Part shown: one piece after another, positions 26,150 to 36,161 of the stretch | Layout of the letters: the number at the start of each line of letters is the position of its first letter | How positions within the stretch are numbered: position 1 is the first letter of the stretch | Assembly: GCA_009602725.1 (NCBI GenBank) | Contig: WELB01000026.1 | Span: 283,990 to 347,989 of the forward strand | Direction: 5' to 3' | From: Spirogloea muscicola | Lineage: Eukaryota | DNA length: 64,000 nt | Program-made: the position numbers and the translations under genes | Notes under the pieces: model-generated | The model's database searches: none | What the model was told of the DNA's origin: nothing | The model's input: the letters and a program-made list of their open reading frames with translations, nothing else

Positions 26150-26690
26150 TAACAAGCCCCCTTAGTAGCTGCTTAGCGCTTTTTAGGGTCGCTCGCACAA
26201 GTCTTCCGCATGCGCCTCGCCGTATCGCCTCAACGCTCCCTTGCCCACGCCGTCCATACGCGCGCAGACCGTGCTATGGCCGCCGCCTCTGGGTCTCGGC
26301 GGAGCGCCTCTTTCCCTGCAGCGAGCTACTCAGACCTGATGTTGCTCACTCGTGGGTACTGAGCTTTCCTCTGCATCGTTTCTGTGTTCTGCAGTATGTT
26401 GTAGTGTAGTCCTTTCTCCGGCTCCTCTTGCTTTGGCTTTGGACATTGTCCATTCTTTTTTGGGCTGGCTTTTCCAGCCCCTCTTTGCTATGGGCGCGCT
26501 CTTCTCTTTTTAGGCCCCTCCATCAATTGACCCCTTCGAACCTTTGTCAATTCTTTTTCGGGCTGGCTTTTCACAGCCCTTGCCCCTTGCCCATGGGAGT
26601 GCCACTTCTCTGACAAGCGCGGCCAGATTGACTGGTGGCTGGGAGAGGCCAGCCCAAAGGAATGGACAAGGCCTAAGGTAAAGGTGAACT
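26150..26690. mobile_element. Nested retrotransposon cluster upstream of EF-G
   Basis: A + strand copy coding SLAQVFRMRLAVS..RADRAMAAASG..YSDLMLLTRGY* (26188-26505) sits inside a C-type copy with TSD CTTTTTAGG (26179-26187 and 26506-26514). A B copy lies on - at about 26612-26675. Confidence 0.82.
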
Positions 26691-28002
26691 AGGGAAAGTT
26701 GAGCCCGGCTACCTCTTTGACTGCCCACGATGGGCGCACATGCTTTGCCTACAACGCCTGAGACACCGGCTCATGATGCCACGCGGCCCGACCGTTTGGC
26801 CACTCAAATACCCGGGTGACCTAAACGTGACAACGTGGTCTGCTGGGACGTCGCTCTCAAAGGATCAAGCGCACTTTCCAGTGGCAAATCACTGGGGCTC
26901 ATGACTTGTCATAGACTTGAAGCGACAAAGCAGAAGAAGCTCATCAGAAAGGGGGTGATGGTTGTGAAAGGCCCTCAGAAGAATGGACGAGGTCGCGCAC
27001 AGGATTCAAGATCAAAGCAGGTGCTAATGCATAGTCACCCCACAAAGCCTCCAAACAGCTCGATTGTTGCTGGTGGCCCCAGCGCAGACGGGCTAACCAA
27101 TGGGGAGATTTCGGCGACAGCCTGATGAAGGATCTGCGGCCCGTGCCTCAACCAGCGTGCGAGTGAGCTGAAGTGACCTGGGGGCGCTGATTCCAACAGG
27201 GACCAAGAAGACCAACAGGCGCATGCAGTACCTTATGCGCAAAGTGCGGGATGCAATCAAAATCGGCTGATGAGCAGCAGGGTGCTCCAAATGATAGTGG
27301 CAGCCTGCTACGTGCCAAGCCAGTAGCTTCACCGAGAAAGCCTCCTGTTCCTAGAGGCACCATGCAGGATCAAGTGCATGGGGTGATTCAATGCGTGCTG
27401 CTTGCGCCTTAGTCAGACTGCCGGACAAGCTTCTCCCTCGTTTTGAAAAGTGCCCAGGGTTCTGCAGATCCTGTACAGCCGTTCTGCATCCTTCCAGACC
27501 ACTGCATACATGATTCATCCTTCTGAGAACTATTAGCCGTTCCATTCATTGGGGATGATCTGCAGTATAGAAGCGTTGAGATTGATGAAGTGCATCAGCT
27601 GCAAATTTTTCGATGTACCTCTACAAAGGCCTCGAGTACGTGGTAGATGATGATAAGAAAAGTGGACAATATGAAGACGGGCACCTCCCACTTTGCCAGC
27701 GGCACATAGCTCACTCGACCATTCTCCAGGTGGGGACGACAACTTGGAGCAGGAGGCAGTCAATGGCAGCTTCCATTAACGGCTGCCGTCCCTCGTGCAC
27801 CTCGCTGATATGTTGCCTGCTCCATAGAGGACAGCGAGCTCAGTGACTGGCTTAGTGGCAGGCACAGAGGACGTTGCGGCACCTGCTGCCGGAACTGCCG
27901 CCACTCCTTCTGCAGGGGCCGGCCCAGCCCGGCGGGCGGCCTCAAGGCACTTGCAGCAACGACACTAATGTGCAGGCCGGGCAAATATTGCTGCAGAGTG
28001 AG

Positions 28003-29050
28003 GGGGAAGGCGCGCGGTGCGCATAAACATGAAAGGGAAGCCCAATTCAAGCCTTACAAAAGTCCTGGTAATGGGGCATCGAGCTGGCTAAGGGGGATAC
28101 TAAGGGCCAATTTACACCGGGACGGACGGACGGACGCCAGGCGTCCGCCCTGTCAGGGGGGTGGACGCGGCCACGGAGGCCGAGGCCGCCTGCACGTGCG
28201 GGACGAAGGGAGCGGGAGGGGTGGACGGAACTAGGCCTTCCTCGGGAGGACAGCCCGTTTCCGTCCGCCCTCGTGGCAAACGGCGCCGTTTTCCCTTCTA
28301 ATCAGCAACATATGTGGCAAACGGCGCCATTTCTTCCATAACGGGGGTAAATTGCGTCCTAGTCAGCGCCCGATGTGGCGCCTCCGTGGCGCGCGTCCGC
28401 GTCCGGGCGCGCAAGGTTGAAAAGGCGGGCAATCTATACACCGCACGACACGTACCCCTCCGTCCGTCCGTCCGTCACGGTGTAAATTGGCCTAAGTATC
28501 CCCGGGTGAGCACATACATAATTGACAAGCTATAGCTTAGGAGCCAGACCCCCATCACGGAAGCCACTAGCCTGGCCTAATGCGCGCCCAGCACGCTGGT
28601 ATATTGCGAGTGCCTGGGAGCGGTGCAGACTGAATGAGAGGCGGATTCTATAGCAAGCAACGATTGCCTACGGGACGCTAGAATGCCCTAAGCTACCCGC
28701 CCGACTACGTCGGCGGGCATCGACAGGTCGTGCCAGGCGATGGAGGAGGGAAGACCACTTTGTTCCGTAGCCGCCATTATTGTCTATGGCGTATGGGAAG
28801 AAGTCGCCCCGGGGTGGTCCTTATGTTGTCTGTTGTCCTTCGTCTTCTCCGCATGATGCGTCGCCCAACCTCGCACAATCGCACAGAGAGAGTGGAAGGT
28901 AGTACCGCCGCCGGCGGTAAGGGCTGCGCAGGTCGTGGTGGCGGCCACCACGGGCCGCTGCTGGGTGGGAGCTGAACAGTGCTAGCTACTGCGGCTGATC
29001 TCCTGGAGGCAGCAAGCAAGTACGTGATTCGACAGTCTTCTCGCTGTGCC
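28003..29050 (-). mobile_element. Decayed RLE-type (CRE-like) non-LTR retrotransposon, subfamily D, interrupted by a MITE
   Basis: The minus strand translates, with frameshifts, to GWATHHAEKTKD..HPG/DFFPYAIDNNGGYG..LLHRLAR..YRIRLSFSLHRSQALAIYQRAGRALGQASGFRDG. Homologous to 52460-52730 and 54300-54770. Confidence 0.75.
28104..28492. mobile_element. MITE of PIF/Harbinger (Tourist-like) type, about 390 bp
   Basis: About 32-bp TIRs GGCCAATTTACACC(G/T)GACGGACGGACGGACG. TAA flanks both sides (28101-28103 and 28493-28495). No coding capacity. A paralogous empty site lies at about 52618-52645. Confidence 0.88.
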
Positions 29051-29089
29051 TGACCGCGCGCGCTGGAAGTTTTCCAAAACAGAGCAGCT

Positions 29090-29780
29090 CCTCTAGTGGA
29101 ACTTGCGTCTGTTTAAACAATGGAAGGCCCAAGTGGCCAGGTACAACGGCAAGCACATCTGATGCCGTAAATTACCCACTGCAATTTGACCGCTCAGTAA
29201 TCACGGGTCTACACATGAAGGTCATTTATTGATGCCTGATTATCAGATGGCAAATCCCAAGCCCTTCTGCCACCAACTATAGCTCGCCCATCTTTCTGAC
29301 GCAAAGCATGAGACTGAGCTTGCTGCACGCAGGCCAACACGGCGGCGCAAGAACGACAGATATGCAGCTGGCAAGCCCATCTCAGCCGGAAGTACATCTC
29401 TGCTTCGTGTATACCCTAGATTGGCAATTTCATCGAGGAGAGTGTGGACGCGAGGACGTACACTGCCAAAGATATCGACTGCAGCTGGCAGGAGCTGATC
29501 GAAGTTGAGGTAGTCGATGTAGTGCTGCAGCTTTCTTTCTTCTGCACTACACACTGCGTGGCCAGCGATGTGGGTCAACGCTGGACCTCTGTATGTCTCT
29601 GTAACGACGACATCAAACCAAAACCCGCGGGCCTTTACCAGGTTGCACGCCCACAACGTCAAAGGGGCGAGGGCTGTGGAAGGCCATGAACAAGGTCCGG
29701 AGGATGCGGAGACCATTACCTCGCAGGGGAGCAAGAGACCAATAAGGATGGCTTCACAGATGGGAGCACTCCAGCATCGG
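29090..29780 (-). mobile_element. Decayed RLE-type non-LTR retrotransposon (subfamily F) retaining endonuclease motifs
   Basis: RPFDVVG../WFDVVVT..AGHAVCSAEERKLQHY..LLPAAVDIFG..LLDEIA..FLRRRV, ending ..ASINDLHV*TRDY*. Its 3' part is homologous to 53770-53990. Confidence 0.72.
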
Positions 29781-29799
29781 GCCGTAAGATAGAGCTCGT

Positions 29800-30200
29800 G
29801 CAAAGGAAAGTGATGGCTGTGAGAGGCCAGCCCAAATGGAAAACAGCTCTTTCTAAGTAGACGATGGCCATGAGTGGCCAGCCTGAAGAAAAAAGCTCTT
29901 CCAGACGGGGCGAGGGCTGCGACATTCGGCTCGAAACCAAGGGACAAGGTGCAAAGGGTACCGCTTGATCACACAGCCATGCAAGCACCACGAATATTGT
30001 TGCTTGGCCGTTAAGAATTGGACAAGGGCCGGAAGAGAAGTAGCTCTTTCAGAGAGCTCTTCAGGCCCCGCAGTCGCTGCTTAGCTCGTAGTTTGGCCCC
30101 TTCGAACCTTGTCACTTCGTTTCGGACTGGCTTCTCACAGCCCTTGCCCCCATTGGGAGAGCCACTTCTTCTTCTTTCAGAGGGGGCGAGGGCTGCCAAG
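29800..30200. mobile_element. Retrotransposon 3'-end cluster, including a C copy (+) with 10-bp TSD
   Basis: The C copy at 30055-30172 is flanked by TCTTTCAGAG (30045-30054 and 30173-30182). The host sequence resembles 29893-29920 and 58633-58655. Confidence 0.78.
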
Positions 30201-30416
30201 GGCCAGCACGCAAAAGCATGACAGGCTGGAAGAGACGCTCAGGTGGGCAAGGGCCTCTTTCTTACTACGGCCCAGAGTAATTACGGTGAGTGATGGTTCG
30301 AAGCAGACTTGCTTGCGTCGAACGCCCCAGGAAGGGCTGGTGGCACCTTCGGTGTCCCTGCCGCCCCGCAAAACCGCGTGACACTGGCCGCCGATAAACC
30401 AGACCCGCTTCCTACC

Positions 30417-30700
30417 GCCACGTGTCCATGGTGAACTGCCCAGAGCATCGGACGGTTGCGATCATCCCCCTCTAGCGGCAGGCAGGACGAAAAGGTTTGA
30501 CATTTATGTGGGGGGTCGCGATGACGTAGGCGCCTTGGCCATCAGAGACGGCGGATCTCTTCCAGCTATACGGAGCATGCCACGTGGCCACCCCGGATCG
30601 CCGACAAGGCCGGCGCTGGGGGCTCCACGCCGCCGCGGCCGCCGCCCGAGATTCGGGCCCCGCCGAGCGCGGCGCAAGCAGCGGAGGACCGCCACGTGGC
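30417..30700. promoter_or_regulatory. Cluster of G-box/ABRE-like elements upstream of the F-box gene
   Basis: GCCACGTGTC at 30417, GCCACGTGGC at 30579 and 30691. Confidence 0.4.
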
Positions 30701-31529
30701 ATGACCGCGCGGGGGCGGGCTGTTGGCCGTCGATGGGGCGGGCGGGAGCGCCAGCCGGGACGGCCACGTCGGCGGCCCCGCCGGCAGGCCCGCCTACCAA
30801 CCGCCCTCCCCACCCCCTCCTCCCTCCTCCCTCCTCCCNGGGGGAAGTGGGCGCCCACGTCACCCTCCCTCCTCGCCGCCCCGGGATGCGGAGAGGACAT
30901 GCGCGCGAGGACGGGGCTGTGAATGATTCGCGAGCCTCGCCCTCAAGACCCGCCGCCGTCCCCTTGCCGCCGCCGCCGCCGCAAGCGCGGGAGCTGCGTC
31001 GAGGCGGGAGCTGCAAAGGCGGCGGCGACGAGGCGGCGGCGGCGGCGGCGGTGGCGCGGCGACAACAAGGCGTCGGCGGCGCGGCGGTGGCGGCGGCGCT
31101 CGCGGCGGATCCGGTCCGCGCAGCCTTTGGAGCCCCTTAGTGGTGGTCGCTCGGTGGGTCCTGCCGTGACGCCCTTGGAGAAGGGCAGCAGGCGCGACGG
31201 TGGCGGCAGCGACGGCCGCGCAAGGCGACCGCGGCCCCTGCACTTGGCGGTGGGTCAGGTTGGCAGGCTCGCAGCCTCAGCGAAGGACAGGATCGTAGCA
31301 GGGAGGAGTACGGCGAGGAGGCCGCGAGGGACGGACTGCAGACCAGGAGGGTTGAGTGGGAGAAGGAGGAGGGGGGTGGAGGGAGGGAGGGGGAAGGAGG
31401 AGGGGGCATTGTGATGGGTTCTGAGGGTGGAAAGTGTACACAGACAGGAACAGTCGGAGAGAGAATGAGGTACGGTGGCTGACAGTCAGACTCAGCTCGG
31501 GGCGTGGCCGCTTGAAGAGCGGCGAGGCC

Positions 31530-33828
31530 ATGACACTGCCGGTGGCCATGGAGGTGGAGCGCCATTGGGGCGGTGGCAGGAAGCGTTCCGGCAATGGCAG
31601 CAGAGCCGAAGCACCGCCAATGGCCAACAAGCGGTTGCGGGCAGACCCATCAGGCGCTGCGGCAGCGGCGGCAGCGGCGGCGGAGCCGGCCATGACGCTG
31701 GACCGGCTGCCGGCAGAGATCCTGCTCCGCGTTGCTGCCCGCGTCGCCCACGCCGGCGACCTCGCGCGCCTCTCCTCCACGGCGCGCCGGTTTCGCTACC
31801 TTGGTCGCCGCGTCGAGCGCCTCCGCTTCCTCTTCCCGCCGCCCACTTTGACCTCAGCTCATCCGCCGTACCTTCCGCTGCCATCCCCGCAGCCTCCGCT
31901 GCCAGCGACGGCTGCGGCGGCAAAGGCTCCGCTGCCGCCACTGCCGGCGCAGTCGCGACCTTGGAATGGCGAGGCCGCCGACGTGTCTATCTCCGAGTGG
32001 GTTCTCGCGACGGAGTGCCTCAGGACCCTCGAAGTCCGGCAGCCTGCTGCTGTCACTGCCGCCAGCACCAGCAGCTTCGAAGCTGGCGCAGCGTCGGGCT
32101 CGGCGGGCGAGGACCGGCAACTGGCGTCAGCCGTCGCATGCGGCTATCCGGCGGCGGTGATCGTCAACTGGCTGCGCCACACGCGGCGGACGCTGCGCGA
32201 ATTCGTCCTCGAGAACAGGCGCCCTGCTGGCCTCAGTGCCCGCACTGGCGGCCCGCTCCCGGGAGATGGCTGCGCATCCGCTGCCACGCTGCCGCTGCTC
32301 TTCGCCGCGCTCGATGGCGGCGGCCTCACCTCCCTCTGGCTCTCGCACGTCGCCGTCCCGCACCAGATCCCAGCAGTCTCCCTCCCCGCCCTCCGGCGGC
32401 TCCATCTTGAGGCCACACCCGGCACCGCCAACGCTCTCCCACCGGCCACGCTCGCCGCCCTTCTTACCGTCGTGCCGGGCCTGGAAGAGCTCGCGCTTGC
32501 CAATGTTGGCGTCTCTTCCTCCGACGGCGCTGCGGCCAGCCCAGGCTTCTTGGCCCTTGCGGCGCCGTGCCTCCGCATTCTCGAGCTCCGGAACATCCTC
32601 GCCGGTAAGGCAGCCAACTTCTTTCCTCCTCACCCTCCGCCATCCCCTTGCCTCCCTCCTCCTTCCATCCCTCTCCTCCCTCGTTTTGCCTTCGTTCCTG
32701 CTCTCCTCCTTACATCCTTACGCATGTGTGGCAGCCGGCCTCCACCTGGCTATGCCGGCACTCCGTATTTTGGACCTCGACAATGTAGAGCCACTGCTGG
32801 AGCTCAGTGGCAGCACGCCAGCGCTAGAGAGCCTGCGGCTGCGCGGCTGCGGCCAGCGGGAGCCAGCGGACGGCAGTCATCAGCTTGATCTCGGGCTCGT
32901 CAGCCTCTGCAAGTTGGAGGCAGATTTCTATGGCGGCTTCCGCTGCGCTGGCCGTGACCTTCTTCGCGACTCCAGCCATGGCCTCAAGGTATGCAGCCGC
33001 TGTTGCTGCCTCTATCGCCACCGCTGCCGGCGGTGTAGCCACCTCAGGCGCCTTCACCATCTCCGTAGCCGCTGCCATCCTTGTTGCTGCTACGGTTGCC
33101 AACGTCCTGCAGGCACTATGCATAAGCTGCAGCCACGTCATCCGTGTTGCAATTTGTGCTGACGCAGGCTTTGGCAATTAATACTGCCGAGTGGAAAGGT
33201 GGAGTGGACGCTCTACCACGAGGCGCGCCCGCGCTGCGCCTTCTTGGCATTGGTCCAGACCTGTGGGAGTGCCTCGCGCTCACGCCCCGGCGGCCTTTGG
33301 CTGCTGTAGGAGCTGGTGACGAGTCGGTGGCTACCTGGAAGCACCTTGAGGAGCTTCGTGCTAACCCGTGCTACGTGCGCGCCTCCGACTCGCTCCGTGT
33401 CCTCAGCGAGCTTCTTGCACGGGCTGCCGCCGCGCCTTTGCGCAAGGTTACTATCAGGCAAGTCTGCAGCCTCCAACTGTGACAACAAGGCCGTGCTCCT
33501 TCTGAGCCCTTGGCCGCCCATGCTGTAGCTGCTGTGTACTTGCCGCTGAGGGTTCGCATCTGCTCGCGATTGCAGATTCTACGACCTTCTTGATGACCGG
33601 CGACGCGGGGATCCAGCCTTTGGTGATGCAGCACGTGCTCTTGTGGCGGCTGCCGCTCCTGGCGCTGTGGTTGACTGCCGTGAGGAGGAGCAGGAGTGCT
33701 TCTCGCTTGCTGCCCTGCCCCGCTGTAGCTCAACTGGTGATGAAGGTGGTGATGGTGGTTCTGGCGGCCGTGGCTGCGGCTCTGGCAGCAGGGGTGCTAC
33801 AATCAGTTTCCTAGAGGATGTCAACTAG
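31530..33828 (+). CDS. F-box/LRR-type protein, 4 exons
   Basis: F-box-like LDRLPAEILLRVAARVAHAGDLARLSSTARRF followed by LRR-like units (LTSLWLSHV, LPALRRLHL, VPGLEELAL, LRILDL, LESLRL). Start ATG is tentative. Confidence 0.72.
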
Positions 33829-34518
33829 ACGAAGTCAACCCATGGGCTTACACACATTGTTTCCACTTTGTCAGTCATTGCTGATACCATTTGTATTTCA
33901 GGCTGCCGATGCCTGATGGCATCCAAAGCTTGTTGCGAGTGGTCTGTTGCTGACTGTAGCTTAGGCGGCATTGTCAGCATCACTTTGCTGCAATCTCCAG
34001 TCATACTGCTCATTCTATGTTACATCCTGTGCTACGAGTGTCATTGGCCTCTGGTGCACATTGCCCGTGGCCGCCGGCGCTCTGCCTCGCTTATTATTCT
34101 TTTAAACGCTGGACACTCTGCCTGGCTGCTTTCTCATCTTAAATGACATAAATTTGTCTCAGGACTTGTAGACTGAATATCATTTCGACATGTACAATCT
34201 ACTTTTGAATTCACTGTGTTGGTGTTATCGCTATTCAAAGACAACTACTTTAGCAGTGGTTTAGTAACCAATGTGAAAACTGCATAGCAGTGTGCACAAA
34301 CTTGAGCTTGCATATCTGCGCGCTGCCCCTATAGCTTGGCTGCAAATGGTACGATTCTTTCTTATTGTCCACTGCATCCCGACCACTTTGCTTGGGATAG
34401 CTTCAAACACACAAAGAATAGCTTCACAGCTTTTGGTGGACTGGACAACTTAAATGTACGGAGAAAGGAGTGGAACATTCCAATACGCATAGCAGACTGG
34501 GCGTGTGCGGTCACTGCT

Positions 34519-35119
34519 CTACTTGAGTGGAATGAAGCGGGATGAGTGCGTGGCACCAATGCCAGGCCGCCCGTGCTTCACGGGCTTGTAAGAGATCGAG
34601 AACTCCGCGAGGTAGTGGCCAATCATCTCTGGCTGCGCGTCACCACAGCCGGCAATGCCATTGCATAAGCACCACTAGAGAGCGAGCTCGACTGCAGCAA
34701 CACAGGTGAGGGGAAGAGGGCGCCCAACAGCTTCTCGGCAGACGAGGCTGGTGAGAGCTGCAGCTCACCTTGATCTCGACCTGGTTGAAGACCTTGCCAT
34801 TGTAGACGCCAATGATGCTGCCAATCATCTCGGGCACAATGATCATGTTGCGCAGGTGGGTGCGCACGGGCTCCGGCTTCTCGCCCGGCGCGGCCACCTT
34901 CTTCTGCAGCCAGAGCAATCGCCAAACGACGTCGCAGATGAGGGGCCAGGCCGCTGGCGGCACGTCCCTCAAGAACTCACAGTCACGGCGGATTGGCACG
35001 TGGGGAGCGAGGCGCTCCGCGACGGCTGTGCTCGTGGCAGCTCTGCTAGTGGCGACTCACCGCTTTGCGCAGCTTCTTGATGAACGCCTGCGGCTTACGC
35101 TTGAGGCCGCGCTGGAATC
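34519..35119 (-). CDS. RPS15: Cytosolic 40S ribosomal protein S15 (uS19); N-terminal exons missing, probably in the gap marked n near 35266
   Basis: [65 protein letters not shown]/..[35 protein letters not shown]. Confidence 0.95.
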
Positions 35120-35214
35120 TGCGTGCGGCGGCGTGGCGGCGGAGCGGGTAAGCTTCGAGCCCTGGCCTCGGCAGGCAGGGCAGCTGCTCCGGCGCCGCCG
35201 CAAGGGACTCGCGG

Positions 35215-35247
<33 letters not shown>

Positions 35248-36161
35248 AGGCGGCGGCGGAGGATNGATGGCGCTACAGAGGCCGCCGCAGAGGCCGCCGC
35301 AAAGGCCGCCGAGGGACGCGCCGGAGGCAGGCGGGAGGGGGGTGGGGTTTTGAGGAGCTAGGGTTTGGGGTTAGGGCACTGCGAGGGCGCGCGGGCAAGG
35401 GGCTTCCGGCGTCGCTTGTTGGCCGTCCGATGCTGAGAGCAGCCACAAGAAGCCGTCCGATGCATTCCTCATCGAGGGTCCGAGGCCTCTGAATTGCAAC
35501 CCGTGGACTAAGTCAGCATACCCCGCCGAGGACAACCATTACTTCCATTTTTTTAGCCTATCAGTAGCTAATATATTTCCGTCAGGCCGGGATTTAGGGC
35601 GCCCTCTCACGGCATCTGACGGGAGGCCCTGGGAGGCACCGATCATGCCACTTGGCTCAGCGCAGGCCGATGGGCTTGTCCACGTGTCCTACTCCTTTCC
35701 CCGGGCGCAGCGGAGGCGCTTCGACGGCCCGCCGCGTGTCCACCCCCGGCGGCGCATCCCCACTCCCGAGGACTTGTCGAATAACGTGCGCAACTTTCAC
35801 GGGCAGCCCGCCTACGGATGCCGATATCACTGGCAACGGTCCGCCGTCGGATGTTTACGTAGGGACTTGGTTCCAGGGAGGCCATGGGATTACGACGGCC
35901 CCGTCCACACGGGTATCGATCGGATAAACGGCCACGGAAAGGAAACGCCGGAGTTTATTAAGTACAGGAGGCAAGCCTCCCATCCGGAACCCCTTTTCGC
36001 CGTCACGTCTGGGCCATGGTAGGCGCAGCTCACGCCCGCGCCTGACCCGGCCTCCGGCGGCGCGGTCCCGACGCCGCGCCGCCGCCGCCGCCGCCGCCGC
36101 GGCGGGCACCAAGGGCCGGGCCTCCTCGCAGCGGGGCTGACAGGCCGGTCGGGCTCCCGCC

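Noticed and set aside
30472..31414. Long overlapping Ala/Arg/Pro-rich ORFs (also at 15500-16250, 44330-45100, 45430-46230 and 55400-55980)
   Set aside because: GC-rich (GCC)n low-complexity sequence lacks stops in all frames and shows no recognisable domain. The ORFs may partly be UTR or leader sequence.
34519..35270. RPS15 as a truncated pseudogene
   Set aside because: The remaining exons are intact with canonical splice sites. The missing N-terminus coincides with an assembly n, so a gap is the more likely explanation.
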